The notes: generated from the sequence alone by a model not told the origin. DNA of 64,000 nucleotides from Octopus sinensis (GCF_006345805.1 NC_042997.1:14818001-14882000); one strand, 5' to 3'; positions 49,302-61,724 are shown, numbered from the stretch's first letter. Program-made: numbers and translations.

Positions 49302-50591
49302 CGAGGGGCGTTCAATAAGTAATGCCCCTGACCCACTTCCCATAGCAGTAGAGCAACGAAACTTGGAACAGTTATTAGTCTTTTTCTACATAGGAACCAC
49401 CCAGAGTAACGCATTTCTCCCATCGTTTGATGCAGCTCTGAAGACCGTTTTTGTAGAAGACCCCAGCTTGGTCCTCCAACCACGACGTGACTTCAGAAAT
49501 CAAGGCTGCATCATCTGGGAAACGCTTTCCTTTCAAAAACAACTTCATGGCTGGAAGAGGTGAAAATCAGAGGGTGCAAGGTCAGGAGAGTAGGGGGGAT
49601 GGGGGATGAGTTCATAGCCGCACGCCTGTGCTTCTGATCTGGCGACACGCGAGTTGTGGATCGGAGCGTTGTCCTGCAGGAGGAGGATGCCTTTACTGAT
49701 CTTGCCCTGCCTCTTGATTTTGATAGCTTCTCTTAATTTCCTCAAAAGTGAAGCATAATAGACTCCTGTAATTGTGGCACCCTTTGCCAGGAAATCTGTC
49801 TTCACTACTCCGTCCTGGTCCCAGAAGACTGTAAGCATGACCTTGCCAGCGGAGGGCTGCACCCTTGCCTTCTTTGGAGGGGGTGAGTCACGGTGCTTCC
49901 ACTGCATTGACTGGGCTTTGGTCTATGGATCATAGTGATGGACCCAGGTTTTATCCTATGCAATCAGTCTTTTGAAAAATTTTGACTCATCTTCTTGGCA
50001 CATCTCCAAATTCATCCACGAACAATCAACGCGTTCTTGCTTCTGGAAAGGTGTGAGCAGCCTGGGAATCCATCTGGCAGACACCTTTTGCATATGCAAA
50101 TGGTCATGAATGATAGTTTCCACAGACCCGGTACTAATCTTGACCTCATGGGCTATTTGGCGAATAGTTATGCGTCGATCTTCCAAAATGGCAGCCTCAA
50201 CTTCACAGACAGATGCCTCATCAATGGCAGAAGGGGGCGACCAGATCTGGAAGCTGTTTCCACAGAGTAACGACCATGTTTGAATTCACGATGCCAGCAT
50301 TTTACAAGGTCATATGATGGGGCATCATCACCATAAGTTACTTTCATTTCATGAAAAGTCTCCCGTGGTGTGCGTCCTTTCAAATACAAAAACCGAATCA
50401 CTGCTCGACACTCAACATGCTCCATTTCACACTTGACTCAGTTCAAACACCTGTAAATCGGAAACCACAATTAGTTCAGAGCTGTAATTTGCCACTTAAT
50501 CTATAGAGATATAAATAATTGCACATGCAAAATTTCAGCTAGATAAAACAACTGCAAGTGGCTCAGAGGCATTACTTATTGAACGCCCCTC

Positions 50592-50592
<1 letters not shown>
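49302..50592 (-). mobile_element. Full-length mariner (1291 bp), irritans/Bytmar1-like TIR
   Basis: TA|cgaggggcgttcaataagtaatgcc TIRs (30 bp, 1 mismatch) and TA TSD. Confidence 0.95.
49375..50425 (-). pseudogene. Mariner DD34D transposase with about 2 frameshifts and 2 stops
   Basis: MEHVECRAVIRFL, RSGRP, WIPRLLT, DKTW, QDNA, HPPYSPDLAPSDFHLF, ...YVEKD*. Confidence 0.9.
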
Positions 50593-50629
<37 letters not shown>

Positions 50630-51104
50630 TATATATATAATATATATATATATATTATGGGCTTCTTTCAGTTTCTGTCTACCAAGTCCATTCACAAGGC
50701 TTTGGTCAGCCTGAGACTATAATAGAAGGTACTTGCCCAAGGTGCAATAAAGTTATATATATCTTCATTATACTTGTGTGTATGTACATTTTTAAAACAA
50801 AGCTTTGTGTTCAGGCAGGCAGCTATTTGTTTATTCACTGTTTTCCTACATATCAGTGCTGACAGATATCATCTAAGCATGCTGACTGTGAGTATACACA
50901 ATTGAAAATGGCTAACAATGTACAAATGCATCTTGCATTCTCACTTGTTGCTTCTGGGTTGAATTTCACTATATAATAAAATAAAATAATGAATTCATTG
51001 TATATAGTACTCAGATGCACAACAGCATGTCAGAAAAGCTAACCAAAATTTCATGTAGAGTACATAGAGTAATATGCAGGAAGTGAACAGTGAAGGAGTC
51101 GTTG

Positions 51105-51590
51105 CCATATTCTGAATGCCTTACTTCCCTGGGCATGGATACATTGAAACTCCCCCCATCTGGCAGCTGACTTGGCAGACACCCATAAAATTATTAACCA
51201 TCTTACTAACAATAACTCTGAGCACCTTTTCAAATTCCACCTGTCTAACACCCGTGGACATGTTTACAAAGTTAGAAAACAACACAGCTCCCATGACTTT
51301 CAGAAACATTTTTTCCCCGCTAAGAGTTGCTGAAGCATGGAACAAACTGCTGGCATCAGTTGTTAGTTGTCGGAGCACTGCATCCTTCAAAACTTCCATG
51401 CTTCCTGAGATTCGCCAACACTACACCTGATTTTCTCCCCTCCATACACACGCAAGCATGTATCTGACTCATACACTGTTCGCTTTCCAGACATTTGTAC
51501 ATTACTGCATATGCTTTATATGCACTTTTGACGAATTGTGGTGCACCTGAGCACTTTATACAATAATTTCATTATTATTATTATTATTAT
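51105..51590 (+). mobile_element. CR1 LINE 3' end with (ATT)n tail
   Basis: TRGH...RVAEAWNKL...VVSC..ASFK C-terminus. Confidence 0.85.
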
Positions 51591-51664
51591 TAAAAGGGAG
51601 ATGGGGTTCAGGTGTACTATTGACAAATTTCTGGAAGCCAAATAGATTTGAAGAATGTAATGTC

Positions 51665-52005
51665 CCAACAGGCACATGGCTCAGTGGTTAGAGCATTGGG
51701 CTCACAATCATGAGGTAATGAGTTCAATTCCTGGACTGGGCTGTGTGTTGTGTTCTTGAGCAAGACACTTTATTTCACATTGTTCCAGTTCATTCAGCTG
51801 TAGAAATGAGCTGTGACATCACTGGTGCCAAGCCTTATCGCCTTTTGCCTTTCCCTTGGATAACATCGGCGACATGGAGAGGGTAGGCTGGTATGCACAG
51901 GTGACTGCTGGTCTTCTACAAAGAACTTTGCCCAGACTTGTGCCTCGGAAGGTAACTTTTTAGGTGTAATCCCATGGTTATTCATGACTGAAGAGAATCT
52001 TTACC
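51665..52005 (+). mobile_element. CORE SINE (same family as 35569-35880)
   Basis: Direct similarity. Confidence 0.8.
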
Positions 52006-52866
52006 CTAGTGTCTCAACATGCTTTAAAACCCTGTAAGTCAAAAACAGATATTATCTCTAGGCATATACAGCAGTAAATTTGCCTATCAACATGTATTAA
52101 CATAAATTATGATACATAAAAGGTTATACATACATTAATTATACTAATTTTGCCTAATCTGCAAATGATCAGTGATGAGGACTTATAAGCTACAAAATGA
52201 ACCAAATGTTTGAGATGATCCCCATAGCTGTGTTTCAGTTCATGATTAAAACTAATTTTTTTGATTGCTGTTAATGAAATCTCACACTCTCTCAAACCAC
52301 ACAATTAATATTTTGTGGCCTCTGCGACCCTGCTATAAATACACATTTTAGATGAAGAAATTTGATGTAAAAAGAAACTTGCTCTGTTAGTTACCGGCGA
52401 TAACTTTACCTTTCACACTTTCTCGATCAATAATCTATTTACCAGTTATACATTGGGGACAAGTCAACCGACTGTGTCGTATCCACTGAAAGATATAAAA
52501 AAAAAAGTGATTCTTGTGCCTGTTCAAAAGATCCTAATTGATAAAAAGCGAAATTCATGGAAGGGAGGCAACTCTTTATAATTCGCGGAAGGGTTATATA
52601 AAATACATTAACGTTGGAAAATTTTAAATATTTAGTAGCTCAGTATCCCTCCATTTATCTATTGGCCGAAGTATCTCACGCAACTACACACATACACACA
52701 TACACACAGACAGATTTCTAGTTTCATTATTCTTACGTTTATGTACATTCTTAAAACAAAGCTTTGTGTTCAGTTACAAAATCTATATTTTAAAAGGTAA
52801 ATACATATTTATTCAATCCCACCTTAATAAGAGGAAATCAACTATAAAAAATATGCATGAATATGG

Positions 52867-52907
<41 letters not shown>

Positions 52908-52961
52908 CATAAATTAATAGCTAATTTAGTAATATAAACCATTTCTAACTTTATTCTTTCA

Positions 52962-53384
52962 CTCTTTTACTTGTTTCAGTCATTTATCTGACTGTGGCCA
53001 TGCTGGAGTATCGCCTTTAGTCGAGCAAATCAACCCCAGGACTTATTCTTTGTAAGCCTAGAACTTATTCTATCGGTCTCTTTTGCCGAACCGTGTGTGT
53101 GTGTATGTGCTAAGTTACGGGGACGTAAACACACCAGCATCGGTTGTCAAGCGATGTTGGGGGGATAAACACAGACACACAAACTTATACACACATACAT
53201 ATAAAGATATACATATATACGATGAGCTTCTTTCGGTTTCCGTCTACCAAATCCACTCACAAGGCTTTGGTCGGCCCGAGGCTATAGTAAAAGACACTCG
53301 CCCAAGGTGCCATGCAGTGGGACTAAACCTGGAACCATGTTGTTCGTAAGTAAGCGACTTACCACACAGCCACTCCTACGCCTA
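52962..53384 (-). mobile_element. Full-length CORE-type SINE
   Basis: Reverse match to 63172-63570. Confidence 0.85.
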
Positions 53385-54119
53385 TAACTGTATACGTTTC
53401 ACTATCATCAACATAATTTTATGTCCATATCCCATGCTGGCATGGCTAGGGCAGTTTGACAGGATGTAGCAGGTTCATGAACAGCATCATGCCCCACTGA
53501 ATGCTTTGGCATGGTTTCTACTGCTAGATGCTCTTCCTAATTCCAATCACTTTACATGTACTGGGTGCTTTTTCTCATGGTACCAATACTATGCAATTTG
53601 AATGACTAGGATTCCCTTCAACTGAGTGAAGCCTCAGGAGAGAAGGAGGTGGCACTATGGTAGGAGATGAAGGACTAAGGTATGAGAGAAGGGGCTAGAA
53701 CAGGTTTCTTGCTATAGAGGAGCTACATAGCATCTCACTTTATAGACAAGAGAGTAGGAGTGACCACGGTGGAGTTGAAAAGAGATTAAATAGTGGTGAT
53801 GACATGTTAGGGTATATCCTCGAGGCACAAGAGAAGTAGAAGTGAGTGGAGACAGCAGAACGAAATTATTAATCAACAAAAACAATCACAGGTAGTTTCC
53901 TAATAAGATTTAAAAAATGTCTATGAGCTAGCCTAAACATTCACTTCTAGAACATGCTCATCTCTCTCACTTACAATTTTATGAGGAACTTAATTTGACA
54001 GAAATAAGCTCAAGAATATGAATAAATTCTCAATTGTTCAATCCTACATTGTTTTATTCAAATAGATTTTATTTGCATCACCGGTATGGAACCCCTATCT
54101 TGCCCAGGATATTAATCAT

Positions 54120-54648
54120 CTGGAAGCCATTAGTGGCGTGCAACCAAGAGAATACCCTCCATCAGGCATTTGCCATATTATGAATGCCTTACTTCCCTGG
54201 GCATGGATACATTGAAACTCCAACGTCTGGCAGCTGACTTGGCAGACACCCATAAAATTATTAACCATCTTACAAACAATAACTCTGAGCACTTTTTCAA
54301 ACTCCATCTGTCTAACACCCGTGGACATGTTTACAAAGTCAGAAAACAGTACAGCTCCCATGACTTTTGGAAACATTTTTTCACGCTATGAGTTGCTGAA
54401 GCATGGAACAAACTGCTGGCATCAGTTGTTAGTTGTCGGAGCACTGCATCCCTCAAAACTTCCATGCTTCCTGAGATTCACCAACACTACACCTGATTTT
54501 CTCCCCTCCATACACACGCAAGCATGTATCTGACTCATACACTGTTCTCTTTCCAGACATTTGTACATTACTGCATATGCTTTATATGCACTTTTGACAA
54601 GTTGTGGTGCACCTGAGCACTGTATACAATAATTTCATTATTATTATT
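54120..54648 (+). mobile_element. CR1 LINE 3' end, close paralogue of 51105-51590
   Basis: Near-identical sequence and (att)n tail. Confidence 0.85.
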
Positions 54649-55483
54649 TAATGTAATTTACATTCAATTCTAGCATGTCAGACATTATCAGAGTAAATAT
54701 TCAGTATAGCTGAGAGACACTTACACTTTTGTTATGGTTTTAATCAAGAAGAAAGGACCGTATCTATGATCTTTACCAGCCCTCCGCGATTAATGAGACT
54801 GATATAGCTGATCTTCATTTTGAACATCAAGATGTCAACAACTGCAGGGAAAATGAGAGCAGGATGGAAATTCTAGAGTTGGTGTTTGAGTATACAGAGT
54901 GCAAAATGAGATGGAATTAGGTGGAAATGGTATATACAGTTAGATAATTTTGAGAAGCAGAAGCTGTTGTAGGCTCAGCAGCAGACTGAGGAGACACTGT
55001 GACTGTGGGTTAGAGGGTAGAGAGTGTGTTGGTGTGCAAGTATTTGTCAATCAACCTGATGGTCTCATTTTTGAATGTGGACTGGCATTTTGTGTATAGC
55101 AGCAATAACATTCCAGATAAGGAACGGTATTCCATTGAGGGTTTGACTTGAATGCTTTTGGAGAATCAGCAGTTGTTCAGGATTGAGATAACTTCCTGAT
55201 CTGAAACAGAAAAGCCTTCAGTATGTAGTTTGTTCTATGTTATGAATGTGAATTTGTTAAGAGAGATCAACAATGATACTAAGCAATTTTGGTGAATATC
55301 AGGGTTATAATTACTGGATTTGATGCCTTGGAAGACATATTAGATGCCCATTCCTCCAATTTCCCAGTGTATATTCAGGTACAAAAATGTTTTTAATGCA
55401 TTAAATCATATATTATAGGCCTAAATTTGCATATAGAACCTAGGGTAATTTTTTGAGATGTTTTGTGGGCAAAAATGTGTGAC

Positions 55484-55835
55484 ATCATCATCATCATCAT
55501 CATCATCGTCGTTTAACGTTCGTTTTACATGCTGGCATGGGTTGGACAGTTTGACTGGGGAGTGGCAAGCCAGGAGGCCACACCAGGCTCCAATCTGATC
55601 TGGTAATGTTTCTACAGCTGAATGCCCTTCCTAATGCCTACCACTCCAAGAGTGTAGTGGGTGCTTTTTACATGCCCCCAGCATGGGAGTCAGTCAGGCA
55701 GCACTGGCATCGGTCATGTTCAGATGGTGCCTTTTACATGCTACCAGCACAGGAGCCAGTCAGGGCTGGCATCAACTACATTTGGATGGTACTCTTTATG
55801 TACCACCAGCACAGTGAACCAGTCAGGCAGCACTA
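55484..55835 (-). mobile_element. RTE 3'UTR copy with diverged internal units
   Basis: (cat)n-cgtttaacg... and three ttttacatg/ttatgtacc units. Confidence 0.8.
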
Positions 55836-55928
55836 GCAGAGTGGCGTCATTCGAAGGCTAAAACAATGTGAACGCACTGTGACCAGCGATGTGTAACAAC
55901 ATCTGATGGTCTGGTCGGTCACGTGATG

Positions 55929-55969
<41 letters not shown>

Positions 55970-55989
55970 CACTTTAGTAATGTCTATAT

Positions 55990-56022
<33 letters not shown>

Positions 56023-56040
56023 TATATGTATGTATGTATG

Positions 56041-56074
<34 letters not shown>

Positions 56075-56219
56075 TGTATGTATGTGTATATATAGACATT
56101 ACTAAAGTGACAAAGAGCACTTATCAGCACCAGTGCCCTTTTTGTCATTTTAGTAACATCTATTTTTCTGCCTTTAGGTTGTAAAATTGCGAATAAGCCA
56201 CCCATATTGTGAGTGGGTG

Positions 56220-56540
56220 ATGGGTGAAAGCATGTGGCTAAGTACTTTGGGTTTTTCGCTCAAGATACTAACATTGTGAGTTGAATTCCTGGCAGCGCGT
56301 TGTGACCTTGAGCAAGATACTTTATTTCACATTGCTTCGTTCCACTCAGCTGGCAAAAATGAGTAGAAGCAGTATTTCGAAGAGCCAGTTTCGTCACATT
56401 CAGCGTTATGCTGAATCTACCTGAGAATTACATTAAGGATGCCCGTATCTATGGTGCTCAGTCATTAATTTCATGAGCAGGCTGTTCCATTGATCAGATG
56501 AACTGAAACCCCCATCATCATAAGCGATAGAGAGCCATGT
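56220..56540 (+). mobile_element. OR2-like CORE SINE, diverged
   Basis: ccttgagcaagatactttatttcac block and 3' half. Confidence 0.75.
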
Positions 56541-56814
56541 GTGTGTGTGTGTGTGCGTATGTGGTATAAAATTATATATGCTACGATATAAGAAGAGAGA
56601 GAACTCAATATATTCATAGAGTAAATATTTATTTTTGAAACTCTCTCTCTCTCTCTCTCTCTGTCACACACACACCTGAGGTGGTGCTGAAAACTTCCTG
56701 GCTTGAAGGGTATTATGAAAGGCCTGGTTAGAGGCCCGATCTTCTGAGTTCTTTTACAGGGATTAGAAAACTGAATAACTGCCACAATAAGTGTATGAAT
56801 CTGTGAGGGGAATA

Positions 56815-57210
56815 TCTTTATATATAAAAGTAAGGTTGTGTGTCTGTCTCCTACGATTTAGATTCCTAACTACTCCCACATTTTCCGGTGCAGTTTAACC
56901 AAAACCGGGTATCTTATAGTCGTGATTCATATCGAGCCCTTCTGGGTATTAGCGCGCGTCTACGATGAGTCTACGATTTTAAAAATAATTTACCATCATT
57001 TTTTTCCATTTTAATGCATTTTTTCGCTATTATATAAGGGAAGTAACTCTCTAAAAATGTCTACGATGAGTCAACGATTTAAAAAAAAATTTACCATCAT
57101 TTTTTTTCCTTTTTTAATGCATTTTTTTGCTATTTTTGGCTATAACTCTCTAAAAATGCTTTATAGTTATTTCCCTTACAAACCCGAGCAACGCCGGGCG
57201 ATACTGCTAG
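56815..57210 (+). mobile_element. Helitron family A (396 bp, two internal units), inserted in a mariner MITE (56677-57270)
   Basis: A|TC...CTAG|T. The flanks rejoin as ggggaata|tgttcaataaaatcataattaactgatcc, matching 8110-8160 in reverse. Confidence 0.9.
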
Positions 57211-57505
57211 TGTTCAATAAAATCATAATTAACTGATCCTCCTGTATTTTCTTTGTCTCAAAGCATTCATTCCTGTATTAGAAGTCTGAGGATCAAAATT
57301 ATTTCATCAGTTTCAAACAGTTGATAATCACATTTGTGCTACACACAATGACACGTGTTTTGGACGAAACTTGCCACAAAGTGATGGTCAATGGAAAGTA
57401 ACAATAATGAAAGTTGCTGTTTTACAATCACCTTCGAAACTACAAAGTCTATTGGCTTTTAAAAAGATGTGGACTGTTATTTTTCAATGATCTGTATCCA
57501 AACTT

Positions 57506-57865
57506 GGTAAAATTACAGATTAACACCCGCACGATTTTCACTAAGAAAAAAAAAAAAACTCGGATTTTTTGCGTGGAATCAAGTACCCTGACCTCCTAAT
57601 ATGCTGCAAATCCCATATTTTGGTCCGGAATTGCTCCGGAAAGGAGGTCAGGGTACTTGATTCCACGCAAAAAATCTGAGTTTTTTTTTTTCCTTGTGAA
57701 AATTCCGGGGGGGGGGGGTTACCCCCCCCCTTTCCGGAGCAATTCCGGACCAAAATATGGGATTTGCAGCATATTAGGAGGTCAGGGTACTTGATTCCAC
57801 GCAAAAAATCCGAATTTTTTTTTTTCTTCGTGAAAACCGTGCGGGTGTTAATCTGTAATTTTACC
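57506..57865. mobile_element. Merlin-like fold-back MITE (360 bp)
   Basis: TIRs of about 138 bp starting GGTAA, and an 8-bp TSD ccaaactt at 57498-57505 and 57866-57873. Confidence 0.8.
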
Positions 57866-58078
57866 CCAAACTTTAGAGGAGCCATATTTTGATATTACAA
57901 GTAGAACACCAATGTACAGTAGTGAGCAAAAAAAGAAAACGATTAATATTTTTTAAATGTCAGAAAAGCTAGTGAACGTACAAATTTGTAATTGGTTTTG
58001 TAAATACGGTTAACCATTAGCTAAATTCTGTGAAAAATTTAAGTTTGTGCAATAGTCTTAATAAAAGTTAATAATACT

Positions 58079-58462
58079 CTCTTCACTCCGTCAGTTACGA
58101 CGACGAGGGTTCCGGTTGATCCGAATCAACGGAACAGCCTGCTCATGAAATTAACATGTAAGTGGTTGAGCACTCCACAGACACGTGTACCCATAACGCA
58201 GTTCTCGGGGATATTCAGCGTGACACAGAGAGTGACAAGGCCGGCTCTTTGAAATACAGGTACAACAGAAACAGGAAGTAAGAGTGAGAGAAAGTTGTGG
58301 TGAAAGAGTACAGCAGGGATCACCACCATCCCCTGCCGGAGCCTCGTGGAGCTTTAGGTGTTTTCGCTCAATAAACACTCACAATGCCCAGTCTGGGAAT
58401 CGAAACCGCAATCCTATGACCGCGAGTCCGCTGCCCTAACCACTGGGCCATTGCACCTCCAC
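58079..58462 (-). mobile_element. tRNA(Arg-like)-head SINE with 10-bp TSD, inside the Tc1 TIR
   Basis: ggaggtgcaatggcccagtggttagggcagcggactcgcgg head. TSD taataatact at 58069-58078 and 58463-58472. Confidence 0.9.
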
Positions 58463-59227
58463 TAATAATACTAACACTAGTTTCATCCAAATGTCCCATG
58501 TGTAAAATAAGAGAATGATTAGATTCCTTCAGAAATTTCTGGAAATTTCAAACATTGTTTACATTTGCAGGCTCGACATTATTACTGTCTCAGTATTGTG
58601 CAAGCTTCCAAACATGGCACACCACACTAAAGTTACTCCTGACCTCTGAAAAGAAATTGTCAGGATGAAAGTTTCAGGGATGACTCTCTCAGCTATTTCA
58701 CAAGACATAAGGAGATCTATGAGTGTAGTTTCACGTGTTCTTAAGCTCTATGAAGAAACTAAAGGTTTTGAACCAAAAAAAGGCAACTGGTAGACCATGC
58801 AAAACCACCATGCAAGATGATCAAGCTATGAAGCAGTACATATTGAAGGATTCTTTCAAGACTGTGACTGGAATTTCTATGAAAATAAAAGTAAATAATG
58901 GTACGGAAGTGAGCTGCTTTACAATGTCTCATCGCCTGAAGGAATTTGGATTAAAGACTTGTTCGCCAGCAACAAAACCTACCATCAGCAAGAAGAACAA
59001 ATTGGAAAGACTTTCATTTGCAGAAGTTCATGTGAAGTGGAGGGATTAAAATTGGTCAGAAGTTCATTTTAGTGATAAAAGCAAATTCAGTTTAGTAGGT
59101 TCAGGTGGTAGACAGTGTGTTAGGCCTTTCACAGGAGATCAGCTAAAATCCAAGCGCTTGAAGAAATCTGCCAAGTTTGGAGGAGGAGGCATCATGGTGT
59201 AAGGAATGATTTCTTCTGAAGGAGTGG

Positions 59228-59596
59228 GCACATAACAAACACCATCCGATCGTAGCTGTTCGCCAGCCTCGTCTTGTACCTGTGTCGATGGCACATAAAA
59301 AACACCATCCGATCGTGGCCGTTCGCCAGCCTCGTCTGGCACCTGTGTTGGTGGCACATAAAAAACACCATCCGATTGTGGCCGTTCGCCAGCCTCGTCT
59401 GGCACCTGTGTCGGTGGCACATAAAAAGCACCCACTACACTCACGGAGTTGTTGGCATTAGGAAGGGCATCCAGCTGTAGAAACACTGCCAGATCTGACT
59501 GGCATGGTGCAGCCTTCAGGCTTCCCAGACCCCAGTTGAACCGTCCAACCCATGCTAGCATGGAAAGCGGACGTTAAACGATGATGATGATGATGA
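59228..59596 (+). mobile_element. RTE 3'UTR copy with three 62-63 bp units, inside the Tc1 transposase
   Basis: Units at about 59228, 59290 and 59353, (gat)n tail. The transposase frame resumes (GVG|PLVQIKG). Confidence 0.9.
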
Positions 59597-59902
59597 GTTG
59601 ACCCTCTAGTGCAGATTAAAGGGACTATTAATGCTAATATCTATTTGAATTTGGTTAAACAACATGTGATCCCATCATTACAAGCATTTCTGAATCAACA
59701 TTGCATTTTCATGCAAAATAACACCTCTTGCCATACTGCAAAGCTTGTCACTGGATTCTTTACTGAACAAAATAGCCAAGTAATGAAGTGGCCAGCACAA
59801 AGTCCAGACTTAAATCCAATTGAAGATTCAAGTATCTTTGGAAGATACTTGGAGACAAAGTAACACAAAAGGCACCAACTACTACAACAAATTTATAGGA
59901 GA

Positions 59903-60392
59903 CTAGCAGTATCGCCCGGCGTTGCTCGGGTTTGTAAGGGAAATAACTATATAAGCATTTTTAGAGAGTTATAGCCAAAAAATGCATTAAAAATGGAAAA
60001 AAAATGATGGTAAATTTTTTTTTAAATCGTTGACTCATCGTAGACATTTTTAGAGAGTTACTTCCCTTATATAATAGCGAAAAAATGCATTAAAATGGAA
60101 AAAAAATGATGGTAAATTTTTTTAAAAGTCGTTGACACATCGTAGACATTTTTTGAGAGTTACTTCCATAATAGAATAGCGAAAAAAAATGTATTAAAAT
60201 GGAAAAAAATGATGGTAAATTTTTTTTAAATCGTAGACTCATCGTAGACGCGCACTAATACCCAGAAGGGCTCGATATGAATCACGACTATAAGATACCC
60301 GGTTTTGGTTAAACTGCACAGCAAAATGTGGGAGTAGTTAGGAATCTAAATCGTAGGAGACAGACACACAACTTCACTTTTATATATAAAGA
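59903..60392 (-). mobile_element. Helitron family A (490 bp, three internal units)
   Basis: A|TC...CTAG|T on the minus strand. Confidence 0.9.
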
Positions 60393-60699
60393 TATTAGAA
60401 AAGGAATGGAAGAAAATAACACCTGACTTGTGCAGGAAACTTTTATGTCCTGTAACAATCATACTATATTAAGTTCATATTTACATTTCTTTCAATCATT
60501 ATAATGGTCTTGAGTTAACTGAATCACTTTTTGCTTTGGTCGTTCTCTTATTTTGCATATGAAACATTTGGACAAAACTAGTGTTAGTGTTATTAACTTT
60601 TATTAAGACCATTGTACAAACTTAGATATTTTCACAGAATTTAGCTAATGCTTAACCATATTTGGCAGTGATGACAGTAATGGCGATTCTTTTAACCAC

Positions 60700-61500
60700 C
60701 TCAGTTACTTTATTTGTTTTTGTATCAACAGCATCTAATAATATCAGAGACCTGGGCATAATTGTTGATAACAATCTCAGTTGGAGTGCCTACATCAACA
60801 ATAAGGTCCAATATAGCTCGTAGGGTGAGCTCCTGGATCTCAAGAACCTTCCGGTTCAGAGAACAAGGTGTCATCATTCCACTTTTCTCCTCCTTTGTAT
60901 GGTCACACCTCAAATACTGCTGCCCCTTGTAGTCTGCCCATACAAAACAAAACATCTCGAGGATTGAATCACCTCAGAAGGTACTCACTAAACGAATTGA
61001 AGGTATGACTCACCTCAATTACTGGGACTGCCTTAAAGCCTGGAAACTCTACTCTCTCCAGCGCCGCCACGAGTGGTACATCATTTGTACGATGTGGAGA
61101 ATATACTGCCAGCATTGCCCAAATGACCTGAACATTAGCTTCAAGGTTCATCCAAGGCTAGGACCATGGGCCATACGTCACTTGCCCAATTCAAGATCAC
61201 AACATATAGGTACACTGCGACACAATTTCTTTTCTTCGACAGGCCCTGCACTGTTTAACATTGTCCCAAAACTGATCAAAGAGGAAAAGGATCCCCTCAC
61301 CTTTAAACGGAGTCTGGACAGATTTCTTCAAGGAATACCGGACAAGCCACCCATACCTGGATACAACTCATACAACAAGAACTCACTACTTGAATGGACC
61401 ATAAGCAAAACTTGACTTTAAAAGGATTTAGATAATCCTATCAGATGATGCTATTAAGTTAGACATGACTTGGACCTATCTTTGGTCGAAACATATCTAA

Positions 61501-61505
<5 letters not shown>
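60700..61505 (+). mobile_element. CR1-group LINE 3' fragment
   Basis: DLGIIVDNNLSW, LYSLQRR, GPALFNIVPK, FKRSLDRFL C-terminal motifs. Confidence 0.85.
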
Positions 61506-61537
<32 letters not shown>

Positions 61538-61684
61538 CAGGCTTCTTTCAGTTTCCATCTACAAAATCCTCTCATAAGACTTTGGTCGACCCGACGCTAT
61601 AGTAGAAGGCACTTGCCCAAGTGGGACTGAAACCGGAACTATGTGGTTGGGAAGCAACCTTCTTACCATACAGCCACTCCTGCG

Positions 61685-61690
<6 letters not shown>
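61538..61690 (-). mobile_element. 5' half of CORE-type SINE
   Basis: Reverse match to the SINE head. Confidence 0.7.

Positions 61691-61724
<34 letters not shown>

Larger units (their letters stand above)
57917..60663 (+). mobile_element. Tc1 (DD34E) element with long TIRs and three nested insertions
   Basis: TA|cagtagtgagcaaaa. Transposase remnants TGRP, FSDKS, GGGIMV, MQNN, WPAQSPDLNPIE (about 58680-59900). Inverted TIR at 60530-60663, outer part lost. Confidence 0.9.

Noticed and set aside
61470-61495. GACC-loop-GGTC-GAAAC
   Set aside because: No 7-nt core upstream; better explained as the LINE 3' recognition hairpin.
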